Shown piece after piece: positions 26,795-34,342 of a DNA stretch of 64,000 bases. Both the position numbers and the translations under genes were made by a program. The notes under the pieces are model-generated. The model made no database searches, had not been told where the DNA came from, and saw nothing but the letters and a program-made list of their open reading frames with translations. The DNA lies in assembly GCA_965262365.1 (NCBI GenBank), contig OZ253541.1, positions 1,092,614 through 1,156,613 on the forward strand, in the 5' to 3' direction. The DNA is from Candidatus Rariloculaceae bacterium (GTDB lineage: Bacteria; Pseudomonadota; Gammaproteobacteria; Steroidobacterales; Rariloculaceae). Numbering within the stretch: position 1 is the stretch's first letter; each line of letters begins with the position of its first letter.

Positions 26795-27511
26795 GTGGGG
26801 GCGGGGCACTGGGTTAACCTGAGCGCTTCCTGGATGGAAAGGGAGGGTGGCCCGCGCGGGACGACGATTCCCGCCGGGCCGTGGCCGGTGCAGCTTCGGT
26901 ATCCAACGGGGCTTACCGGCGAGCAATACGTTAAACGCCGTGCATGGCGCGATGCAACCCTTGAGCGGTGTCCGAACCATCCGCGGGGCGGTTGTTCCTT
27001 CGCCCGCCACGGGACCTACCCGCGCAAGCGCCCGCGCGGGACGCGCGTTGCCCGCTGGTACTGTCCTGAGAGTCACATGACGTTCAGCCGGTTGCCGGAT
27101 TGCCTGGCGGCGAGGCTGGGGGGCACGCTGCAGGCGGTCGAAGAGGCGGTGGTTGAGGCGGAGGCCGCGCCCAGTCTCGCCAAGGCGGCCGACGCGCTGC
27201 GGCGCGACGCGGTGCATCTGCCCGGGGCGATGCGCTGGCTGGGCCGCCGGGTGCGGGCGGTGCATCGGAACCTGGCGGCGGTTCGGGGGCTGTGGCCGGA
27301 GCGGTTCCTGAAGTGTCCCCCGGAAGTTGGGGCGTTCCGGGAGCGGCTCAAGACCGAGGCGGTGCTGGTGGGGCTGCGCGGGCGGTGCGAGGGGCGCCTG
27401 GCGCGGCTGGCGCCGCCGTTGGGCTTTTGTCCTGACGTGCCGGCGCCGGGGACCGCTCTGGCGGTCGTCCAACACGGGACGGGGCCTGATCCACCGGCTT
27501 GCAGGCGCTAA
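26795..27511 (+). CDS. transposon ORF1, Cys/His-rich putative zinc-binding protein
   Basis: CPNHPRGGCSFARHGTYPRKR...ARWYCPESH cluster. The start is uncertain (GTG 26795 or ATG 26834). Confidence 0.55.
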   Translation: MGAGHWVNLSASWMEREGGPRGTTIPAGPWPVQLRYPTGLTGEQYVKRRAWRDATLERCPNHPRGGCSFARHGTYPRKRPRGTRVARWYCPESHMTFSRLPDCLAARLGGTLQAVEEAVVEAEAAPSLAKAADALRRDAVHLPGAMRWLGRRVRAVHRNLAAVRGLWPERFLKCPPEVGAFRERLKTEAVLVGLRGRCEGRLARLAPPLGFCPDVPAPGTALAVVQHGTGPDPPACRR

Positions 27512-27558
27512 CGTGGCCACCGTGAACCGCGCAAGACCCCGGGGAGGCCGCCGAGACC

Positions 27559-28890
27559 ATGACCGAGCACGACGAGAAGCTGCGAGAGGCCGTGGCGCTG
27601 TTCCGCTACGGGCTGATCGCGGACTTGGCGCACCTGCCCCGCGGCGCCCGCGGCATCGGTGAGAAGCTGAAAGAAAAGGCCGCCGGGACCTACGCGATCC
27701 CCGGCACGCACCGCACCCGGGTGGCCGCGGAGACGATACGCAAGTGGCTGGTGACGTACCGCTACGGTGGCTTCGAGGCGCTGTACCCGAAACGTCGCTC
27801 GGACCTGGGCCGGCCCCGGCGCATGCCCGCGGAGGTCGCCGAGGCGCTGGTGGCGATCAAGACCCGGCGCCCCGGCTACTCCGTGCGCGCGGTCATCGCC
27901 CACGCCGCCGAGCACGGGCTGGTGAGCGAGGCGGCGATGCCCTCGGCGTCCACCGTGCAGCGGTTGCTGCGCCGCGAGGGGCTGACGGGCCGGGCCGCCG
28001 CGCAGGGACCCGCCACGGACCGGCGCCGCTTCAACTATCGCCGGGCGGGCCAACTCTGGATGAGCGATGTAATGCACGGGCCGAAGGTCCCTGACGGTCG
28101 CCGCCGGCGCAAGACCTTCCTCATCGCCTTCATCGACGACGCCACCCGCGTCATTCCCCACGCCGCGTTCGCCTTCGCCGAGAACACCGCCGCGTTCCTG
28201 CCGGTGTTCAAGCACGCGCTGCTGCGCCGCGGACTCACCGAGCGCCTCTACGTGGACAACGGGGCGAATTACCGCTCCCGCCACCTCGCGCTGGTGTGCG
28301 CGAAGCTCGGCATTGCGCTCATCCACGCCCGCCCGTATCAACCGGCCGGCAAGGGCAAGATCGAACGCTGGTTCCGCACCCTGCGCGCCGGCTGGCTGCG
28401 CCATCTGGATGTGGGCTCGATCGACGGGATCGAGGCGTTGAACCGTGCGCTGGCCGGCTGGGTGGAGGGCGAATACCATCAGTCCCCGCACCGCGGACTG
28501 GACGGTCAGACCCCGCTGGACCGCTGGGCCGGGACCGCCGCCGAGGTGCGCTACCCGGACGCCGCCGGGCTGGATCTGGACGAGCTGTTCCTGTTCGAGA
28601 CCAAACGCCGCGTGCTCAAGGACCGCACCCTGAGTCTGCACGGGCGCCTCTACGAGGCCGACGCGATCCTCATCGGGCAAACCGTCACCGTGCGATACGA
28701 TCCGGCCGCCCCGCCCACCCGGGCGCTGCAACTGGTGCACGAGGGACGTCCCGCGGGCCTGGCCACGCCGCTGGACGCCTACGCCAACACCGCCGTGAAA
28801 CGCGAGCGCCGCTGCGGGCGCATCGAGCCCGGGGAGCCGCAACCGCCGCGCTCGCCGCTGAGCATCCGCCGACTGAAGGAGGAAGACTGA
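27559..28890 (+). CDS. DDE (rve/integrase-core) transposase, Mu/TniA/TnsB-like
   Basis: Catalytic blocks LWMSDVMHG, LYVDNGANYRS and GKGKIERWFRTL, plus an N-terminal HTH-like region. Confidence 0.85.
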   Translation: MTEHDEKLREAVALFRYGLIADLAHLPRGARGIGEKLKEKAAGTYAIPGTHRTRVAAETIRKWLVTYRYGGFEALYPKRRSDLGRPRRMPAEVAEALVAIKTRRPGYSVRAVIAHAAEHGLVSEAAMPSASTVQRLLRREGLTGRAAAQGPATDRRRFNYRRAGQLWMSDVMHGPKVPDGRRRRKTFLIAFIDDATRVIPHAAFAFAENTAAFLPVFKHALLRRGLTERLYVDNGANYRSRHLALVCAKLGIALIHARPYQPAGKGKIERWFRTLRAGWLRHLDVGSIDGIEALNRALAGWVEGEYHQSPHRGLDGQTPLDRWAGTAAEVRYPDAAGLDLDELFLFETKRRVLKDRTLSLHGRLYEADAILIGQTVTVRYDPAAPPTRALQLVHEGRPAGLATPLDAYANTAVKRERRCGRIEPGEPQPPRSPLSIRRLKEED

Positions 28891-29690
28891 TGTACCTGCG
28901 CCACTTCGCCCTGACCCGCCTGCCGTTCGAAACCCCCGCGCACACCGACGAGCTGTTCCGCTGCGGCTCCCATCGCGAGGCCGAGGCGCGGCTCAAGCAC
29001 CTCATCGATCTGCGCGGTATCGGGCTGCTGACCGGGGAGTCCGGCAGCGGCAAGACCAGCGTGTGCCGCCACGTCACCGGTGCGTTGCACCCGGGGCTGT
29101 TCCGGGTGTGCTACGTGGCGCTGTCCACCGGCAACGTGATGGACATGTACAAGAGCATCGGCTGGGAACTGGGCCTGCCTACCGAGCACGCCCGCGCCGC
29201 GGCCTACCGCGCCATCCAGACCGAGATCACCCGCCTGGTCGGGGAGGCCAAGCAACAACCGGTGCTCGTCATCGACGAGGCTCACCACCTCAGAGCCGAC
29301 GTGATCGAGGACCTCAGGCTGCTGACCAACTTCGACATGGACTCCGCCCCCAGGCTGTGCCTGGTGCTCATCGGACTGACCGAACTGCGCCGGCGCCTGA
29401 GCATGGCCGTGCACGAATCGATGCAACAGCGACTCATCGTTCAACACCACCTGCGCGGGCTGGAGCGCGAGGAACTGGACCCCTACCTCGCCCACCGGCT
29501 GCGCCTGGCCGGGTGCGAAATGCCCCTGTTCGATCCCCCCGCCATCGAGGCGCTGTACCAGGCCGCCCGCGGACTGCCGCGGCTCATCAACCGCATCGCC
29601 CACTACGCGCTCTCGGCCGCGGCGGTCGAGCAAGCGCGTACCGTGGACGCCGAACACCTGGCCCGCGCCGTCGAGGATCTGCGGCCATGA
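28890..29690 (+). CDS. AAA+ ATPase (ExeA/TniB/MuB-like) transposition helper
   Basis: The ATG overlaps the transposase TGA (TGATG). Walker A GESGSGKT and Walker B VLVIDEAHHL. Confidence 0.85.
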   Translation: MYLRHFALTRLPFETPAHTDELFRCGSHREAEARLKHLIDLRGIGLLTGESGSGKTSVCRHVTGALHPGLFRVCYVALSTGNVMDMYKSIGWELGLPTEHARAAAYRAIQTEITRLVGEAKQQPVLVIDEAHHLRADVIEDLRLLTNFDMDSAPRLCLVLIGLTELRRRLSMAVHESMQQRLIVQHHLRGLEREELDPYLAHRLRLAGCEMPLFDPPAIEALYQAARGLPRLINRIAHYALSAAAVEQARTVDAEHLARAVEDLRP

Positions 29691-29896
29691 TCGATCCCGA
29701 TCCCCGGCCCGAGCAGATCAGCGACGAGGCCGCCGCGCACATGGCCGAGTGCCTGCAACGCATCGCCTATGACTTCGAAGGCCGCTACTACGGCCAGATC
29801 AGGCGCCACGCAGAATCCATCCGGCCGCCCCCGTGCCCCGCCGAGTCCTGCCACGAACGCCAGCTGCACCTGTTCGGCGAACCCCGCCCGTTCTGA
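29687..29896 (+). CDS. transposon small ORF (69 aa), unknown function
   Basis: ATGA overlap with the ATPase stop. MIDPDPRPEQISDEAAAHMAECLQRIAYDFEGRYYGQIRR... Confidence 0.5.
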   Translation: MIDPDPRPEQISDEAAAHMAECLQRIAYDFEGRYYGQIRRHAESIRPPPCPAESCHERQLHLFGEPRPF

Positions 29897-30077
29897 ATCC
29901 GCGCCCAAACGGACCCGCCAACGCCGGCCGATCCTTCGGATCGGACCGGGTCGTGCCCCTCCATCGCCCAACCGCCGTCGCGGCGACCGGCCTGCGATGG
30001 TCGGCAAAAGCAAAACAATGTGACCAATTCGGCCTCAACCGTGACCGGATAATCCGACAAATCCGTGTCGGTCTAGT

Positions 30078-30090
30078 CTGACCAACAACA
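30078..30090. repeat. transposon right terminal inverted repeat
   Basis: CTGACCAACAACA (reverse complement TGTTGTTGGTCAG), followed by GGCGGC. Confidence 0.75.
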
Positions 30091-30096
30091 GGCGGC

Positions 30097-30174
30097 ATAC
30101 GCAAGGAACTCGTCTGGGTGGCGGTGACGGTAACCGTGGTCGCCGCGCTCATCTGGTGGCTGACCACTCGATAA
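30097..30174 (+). other. displaced original 3' end of the coxG-like gene
   Basis: Reading on in the coxG frame after the right-hand GGCGGC gives IRKELVWVAVTVTVVAALIWWLTTR-stop, a hydrophobic tail. Confidence 0.65.
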
Positions 30175-30219
30175 TCGCGTTCAGATCTATTCTGAAAACG
30201 CGGGCTAACCGTCCGGCGC

Positions 30220-30597
30220 CTACTGAGGAGTTTCGGGCTGGGAGGGCGACTCCCGACGGCCGCTGAGAAATGCCACGTCCTCACGGATGATTGTGACGTG
30301 AGTCTCCAAGCGAGCCATGCGTTCCCGTAGATCTGCAACGTCTTCACGCAGGCCGCCTACCTCAAAGTCAATTCTCTCGCGCAGGCCGTCGATTTCTGCG
30401 TGCATTTCTCCCCGTAGGTCACCGATTTCCCCTCGTACATCCGCTATATCGGCTCGAAGCAAGGAAAATGCGCTGACCTGACCGACCAACAGCGTTGCAC
30501 CAACAGCCAGAATGCCCAGCAGTTCTTTGCTGAGGGCGGACGGTCCTTCAGCTTGCCGCCCGATGCTGTGTTTGGCTCCTGGCACTACATCGCCCAT
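30220..30597 (-). CDS. membrane-anchored coiled-coil protein, unknown function
   Basis: One TM segment (LLGILAVGATLLVGQVSAF) followed by repeated D/E-x-x-x-LR-x-E units (DVRGEIGDLRGEMHAEIDGLRERIDFEVGGLREDVADLRERMARLE). Confidence 0.5.
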   Translation of the reverse strand: MGDVVPGAKHSIGRQAEGPSALSKELLGILAVGATLLVGQVSAFSLLRADIADVRGEIGDLRGEMHAEIDGLRERIDFEVGGLREDVADLRERMARLETHVTIIREDVAFLSGRRESPSQPETPQ

Positions 30598-30744
30598 TCT
30601 GCGTTGATTTCGATCAGGTTTGTAGACTACAGCCCATAGTCTATGCCTGCCACCGCCGCAACGCTTGAACTTGCGTACTTTTGGGGCTGGACATTTGCCC
30701 CGCCACGCTTAAGCGAACCGGTTTCCAATACGCGCAGTCAGTCG

Positions 30745-31581
30745 CTATTGCGCGGCCGCCAGCCTCTCCTGCGTATCGACAATCACCTCGTCCAGCCAGT
30801 TATGAAAGTCGTCCGGCGCAACCCAGGGGTGGGGGTCGCCAGGCTGCCGGTTGGCGAGACGTTCGGCTCGTTCGAACAGGTTGTCTGCGTTGGAGGCATG
30901 GATGTCGTAGTGATTGATGATCTGCACTTCGATACCCGGGATTTGCTTGATTCGCTCCAGGTCTGCCAGAAACTCGGCGATGACCTCCGGGTCATCGGAG
31001 CGCAGCGCCGATCCGCCATGGAAATAGGCTTCGTGGCGCATGCCGTTGTCGAAAACCGGCATGCGTATTGACGTGGTACCGGGCGTATGGCCCGGTGTGA
31101 TCTCGAATTGCAGCGTCGTGTCGCCCAGGGTCAGGGAGTCGCCTTCCTCAATGACAAAATGGCGGCGCGGCGACTGCTCGCCCTGATCGGCTTCGATCAT
31201 TCTCCAGTCTTCCTCCGCGGCGCCGAACTGCGCGTCGGGGATGTGCTCGTCCTGAAGCGTACGCGCCCCCATGTAGTGGTCCCAGTGGCCCTGAAGGATC
31301 AGCACGTACTTCACGTCCGCGATATCCAGTCCCATGGTTTGCATGTTTTCGATCAGGTAGGGCGTGTAGGGCCCCCCATATAGCGTATCGATCAGAATGA
31401 GTCCGTCGCTGGTGGTGATGACGTAGCTGGCCACCTCGCCCGTACCGGCAAAGTAGAGGTTGTCGAACACCTGGAAGGGTTCCCTCGCCATCTCGCTCAT
31501 GGCCGGCGGCGTGCGCTGCGCCTGGCCGATACCCGACCAGCACACGAGAATCAATGTCAGGGTTGAAATCAAGGTTCTCAT
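30745..31581 (-). CDS. exported MBL-fold hydrolase, subclass-B3-like motif set
   Basis: ATG 31581 follows GGGGAG. Signal MRTLISTLTLILVCWSGIGQAQ. Blocks: LILIDT, LILQGHWDHYMG (Q-x-H-x-D-H), ITPGHTPGTT. Confidence 0.75.
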   Translation of the reverse strand: MRTLISTLTLILVCWSGIGQAQRTPPAMSEMAREPFQVFDNLYFAGTGEVASYVITTSDGLILIDTLYGGPYTPYLIENMQTMGLDIADVKYVLILQGHWDHYMGARTLQDEHIPDAQFGAAEEDWRMIEADQGEQSPRRHFVIEEGDSLTLGDTTLQFEITPGHTPGTTSIRMPVFDNGMRHEAYFHGGSALRSDDPEVIAEFLADLERIKQIPGIEVQIINHYDIHASNADNLFERAERLANRQPGDPHPWVAPDDFHNWLDEVIVDTQERLAAAQ

Positions 31582-31776
31582 GACAGACTCCCCAAAAAAG
31601 GTATTGGCCGATTCTACCGCGTTGCGGAGCGCCGCATGCGTTACGGTCACGTTAGGCAGGCAAGTGCTGCCCACAGGGCTATAGCAGTTTTCGCCCCGGC
31701 GCCCGGCGCGCTGACGCCTATGGAAAAGGGGTTTTCCATGCAAGTCCCCTGTGCTCAAGCAACGGCTGAGACGCTT

Positions 31777-32826
31777 TTACGGACGGTACTCGGCATTGCA
31801 CTCAAATGGGCGTACCTCGGCGTCCGGACGCCACGTCCAGTACTTTTCGAGTGTTACCGGTTCGGTGAAGGTGGCAGGGTCGGTCACCGTAAGGGAGTAC
31901 CTAAGACGCGTGCCGTTCGCACTCGGCGTGAAGCGCTCCAGCAGTTCGGCCGCCGGGCTTTGGGGGATGCCGGACTGGTCGAAATACGGCCAGCCCAGGC
32001 GATTCGTTCGCACGACCAGCGTGCCGCCTTCCCAGGTTCCCCGGGAGTAACCCTGCGGTGTCGGAGGCGATTCGTCCGCGGCGGACTGCTCACCCTGCAT
32101 GTGGATCGTCCGTACAACATCGTACAGCTCGATGCGCAGCACGATCCGCTCGCCTTCGTCGATGAATTCCATGGGATAGGGCTGGCCCATGATTCGCGGC
32201 ATGCCGACGGGTTCGCAGGTCAGATACGGATTGTTCGCCGCCGGGTCCCAGGTGGCTCGTGCTGCTATTGCGGCTTCCGTCAACGGGTACTCGGGAGCGG
32301 CGCCGGCCACATCCAGGAACAACGGAAAGCTGGCCGGATTGGCCATGTTGGAACTCCACACGCGGAAGATATCGTTGCGGATGCCAAGGGATGAAGGGGT
32401 ACTCTCGCCATCGGCGGCCATGGCTCCGGCCGCCCCCATGGGATCGTCGGACCAGCGTGCGGCCATGCCCGGCCACAGGATCAACTCGACTCCATCCGGG
32501 AGCAGCATGTTCAGCGCAAAGACGCGGTTTTCCCGTTGCCGACCGGGCCAGCCGGCGATCTGCACCCGGTCGCCGGCATTCACGAGGCCTTCGGTCAGGC
32601 CCATCCGCCGCAGGATGCTGACGGAATTGCTCTCCACGTTCCAGGATTCTCCGTCCGCCGCCTGAACCGTGAAGTACACGTGGGGGTTTCGCCAGACGGC
32701 TTCGGTGACCTCGCCGGACAATTCGATCACTGCATCCACGTCAAAGTAGACACCCGCCGAATGATGGCCGAGTGTTCCGGATGGACACAGCGCGACGGCC
32801 AGGCAACCAAGTATTCGCGTCATCAA
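31777..32826 (-). CDS. exported two-module protein (fused N- and C-modules)
   Basis: MMTRILGCLAVALCPSGTLG then HHSAGVYFDVDAVIELSGEVTEAVWRNPH. C-half LTCEPVGMP ... GYSRGTWEGGTLVVRTN ... VTDPATF ... PFEC. Confidence 0.85.
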   Translation of the reverse strand: MMTRILGCLAVALCPSGTLGHHSAGVYFDVDAVIELSGEVTEAVWRNPHVYFTVQAADGESWNVESNSVSILRRMGLTEGLVNAGDRVQIAGWPGRQRENRVFALNMLLPDGVELILWPGMAARWSDDPMGAAGAMAADGESTPSSLGIRNDIFRVWSSNMANPASFPLFLDVAGAAPEYPLTEAAIAARATWDPAANNPYLTCEPVGMPRIMGQPYPMEFIDEGERIVLRIELYDVVRTIHMQGEQSAADESPPTPQGYSRGTWEGGTLVVRTNRLGWPYFDQSGIPQSPAAELLERFTPSANGTRLRYSLTVTDPATFTEPVTLEKYWTWRPDAEVRPFECNAEYRP

Positions 32827-32993
32827 TCAGCCAGGGTAAGACATGGGCGAGCGCACGTGGCGCACGGGCCAATAATGGCAGAGATTCCACTTGGTTGTCA
32901 GCCACACATGGCCGCAGTACAGGCCGCATGCAGTCCAGCGGAAGTGTCAACGGATGCGTTGCGGATGCTCCGCGGCCGGTAACCCCGACGGCG

Positions 32994-33644
32994 TCAGGCC
33001 GACTTCAATACCAGGTCCGGCCCGCCCTTGGGCTGTTCGACCGGCACCTCCCAGTCGCCCGGCATACGGCTGAAATCGAAGAACGGCTCGGTGTCGCCCT
33101 CGTCGATGGCGTTCTGAACCTGGCGGTAGAACTCGCCGCCGGCGCGATTCGAGAACGTGATCTCCACGCGCCGGGCTTCGCTCGCATTCCTCGGCCGCTC
33201 GCAATACTCCGGAAACGTGGCTTCCCCGGCGTGTCCCGAGGCGTAGCCCTTGGCGAACATCTGCTTGAGGATCCCGAATCCGTCGTCCTGCACCAGGACG
33301 CCGCCACGGGGATGCCCGCCCTTTGACTTCATGTGGTCGATAAATGCATCCAGGTCGTGGCAGTCGTAGGCGACATGCTGGCAGGCATGGTCGCCGTGTC
33401 TCTCGACGAAGGACGTCACCTGGGACTTCTCCGCCCGATCGATGCCTTCAATCAGTGCAATACCGAAGTCGCCGTAATCAATGCACCAGATCTTCATGCT
33501 GCTGTTGGGATCGCCCGGCCGGGCATCGTCGATTCGTTTGATCAACTTGCCGCCTTCGACTTCGATGTGGAACCAGGCCCAGCGCTCGATTGCGCCGGAT
33601 TCCACCGCGTAGGTGACGTGGTCTATCTTTTTCAGATGGGACAT
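32994..33644 (-). CDS. VOC-superfamily (glyoxalase/HPPD-like) protein
   Basis: ATG 33644 follows AGGAGA. IDHVTYAV ... ACQHVAYDCHDLDAFIDHMKSKG ... ILKQMF ... F..EY.ER ... EFYRQVQNAIDEG resembles the HPPD C-terminal domain. Confidence 0.65.
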   Translation of the reverse strand: MSHLKKIDHVTYAVESGAIERWAWFHIEVEGGKLIKRIDDARPGDPNSSMKIWCIDYGDFGIALIEGIDRAEKSQVTSFVERHGDHACQHVAYDCHDLDAFIDHMKSKGGHPRGGVLVQDDGFGILKQMFAKGYASGHAGEATFPEYCERPRNASEARRVEITFSNRAGGEFYRQVQNAIDEGDTEPFFDFSRMPGDWEVPVEQPKGGPDLVLKSA

Positions 33645-33771
33645 TGCGAGGTCTCCTGTCCGACTCGTTTGCTGCTTCCTACAGAATAATGAAACAGACT
33701 CGCAGGGTGGTCGCGTAATTGAGCGTATTAGGCAGTTTATACGCAGTAAATTCGTTATAATATTCAAAATT

Positions 33772-34251
33772 ATGCAGGAAATGGACTCCATGGATAAGAT
33801 AGACGCCCGCATCCTCTCCGAGCTCCAGTCGGATGGCCGTCTGAGGTGGTCGAGACTCTCCGAACGCGTGCACCTGTCCGCGAGCGCCTGCCAGCGCCGG
33901 GTCGAGTCGCTTCTGGAGCGCGGGGTAATACGGAATTTCACGCTGAACCTCAACGAGACCGCGCTCGGGCATCACGTGACGGCTTTCGTGGCCGTGAGTG
34001 TCGACCGCCAGAACACCGCCTCCGCGGAGGAATTCAGGCGATGGGTGCGAGGGCAGCCCCGTGTGCAGGCGTGTCACATGCTGACCGGCAGCATTGACTT
34101 CATGCTCCAGGTGGTTGCCGCGGATCTTGAATCCCTCGGAAAATTCCTGGAAGGCGAATTGCTGAAACTGCCGGCGGTCAAGGACGCCTCCACGTCCATC
34201 GTTCTCAACGAAGTCAAGCCGAAACGAACCATGGTGACCGACGGCTGGTAG
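33772..34251 (+). CDS. Lrp/AsnC-family transcriptional regulator
   Basis: MDKIDARILSELQSDGRLRWSRLSERVHLSASACQRRVESLLERGVI is the HTH_AsnC pattern. The start is ATG 33772 or 33790. It is divergent from the VOC gene across an AT-rich spacer. Confidence 0.85.
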   Translation: MQEMDSMDKIDARILSELQSDGRLRWSRLSERVHLSASACQRRVESLLERGVIRNFTLNLNETALGHHVTAFVAVSVDRQNTASAEEFRRWVRGQPRVQACHMLTGSIDFMLQVVAADLESLGKFLEGELLKLPAVKDASTSIVLNEVKPKRTMVTDGW

Positions 34252-34342
34252 AATCCGCGAAATCCGGCCGCTGGTAATGTCGGCGGGCGAAACAGGAGGA
34301 TGATGGGAACGGCGGGCCTTTGAGGCGTTCTTCAGCAAGACG

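Larger units (their letters stand above)
26588..30090 (+). mobile_element. 3.5-kb transposon with four ORFs (Cys-rich protein, DDE transposase, AAA+ ATPase, small ORF), imperfect TIRs and GGCGGC target duplication
   Basis: The left end TGTTGTTAGGCAC and the reverse complement of the right end TGTTGTTGGTCAG match at 10 of 13 positions. GGCGGC lies immediately outside both ends (26582..26587 and 30091..30096). Subterminal GGATTAATCCGGCACGG (26666..) matches the reverse complement GGATTATCCGGTCACGG (30039..30055). GC is visibly higher than in the flanks. Confidence 0.8.

Noticed and set aside
12075-29657. Other long antisense or overlapping ORFs (12075..13379 -, 13548..14615 -, 17683..18750 -, 22921..24474 +, 23423..24562 -, 26705..27520 -, 27508..28842 -, 28779..29657 -)
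   Set aside because: Each overlaps a gene with strong family motifs on the other strand or in another frame. The products are Arg/Pro/Gly-rich with no recognisable domain.
28296-29690. 464-aa version of the ATPase ORF, and N-terminal extensions of other ORFs (12150, 13289, 25182, 35764, 42357, 46783, 54350)
   Set aside because: The extensions overlap the preceding genes and are Arg-rich, motif-free sequence. Internal starts with Shine-Dalgarno-like sequences, or coupling overlaps, give products that begin where family homology or a signal peptide begins.
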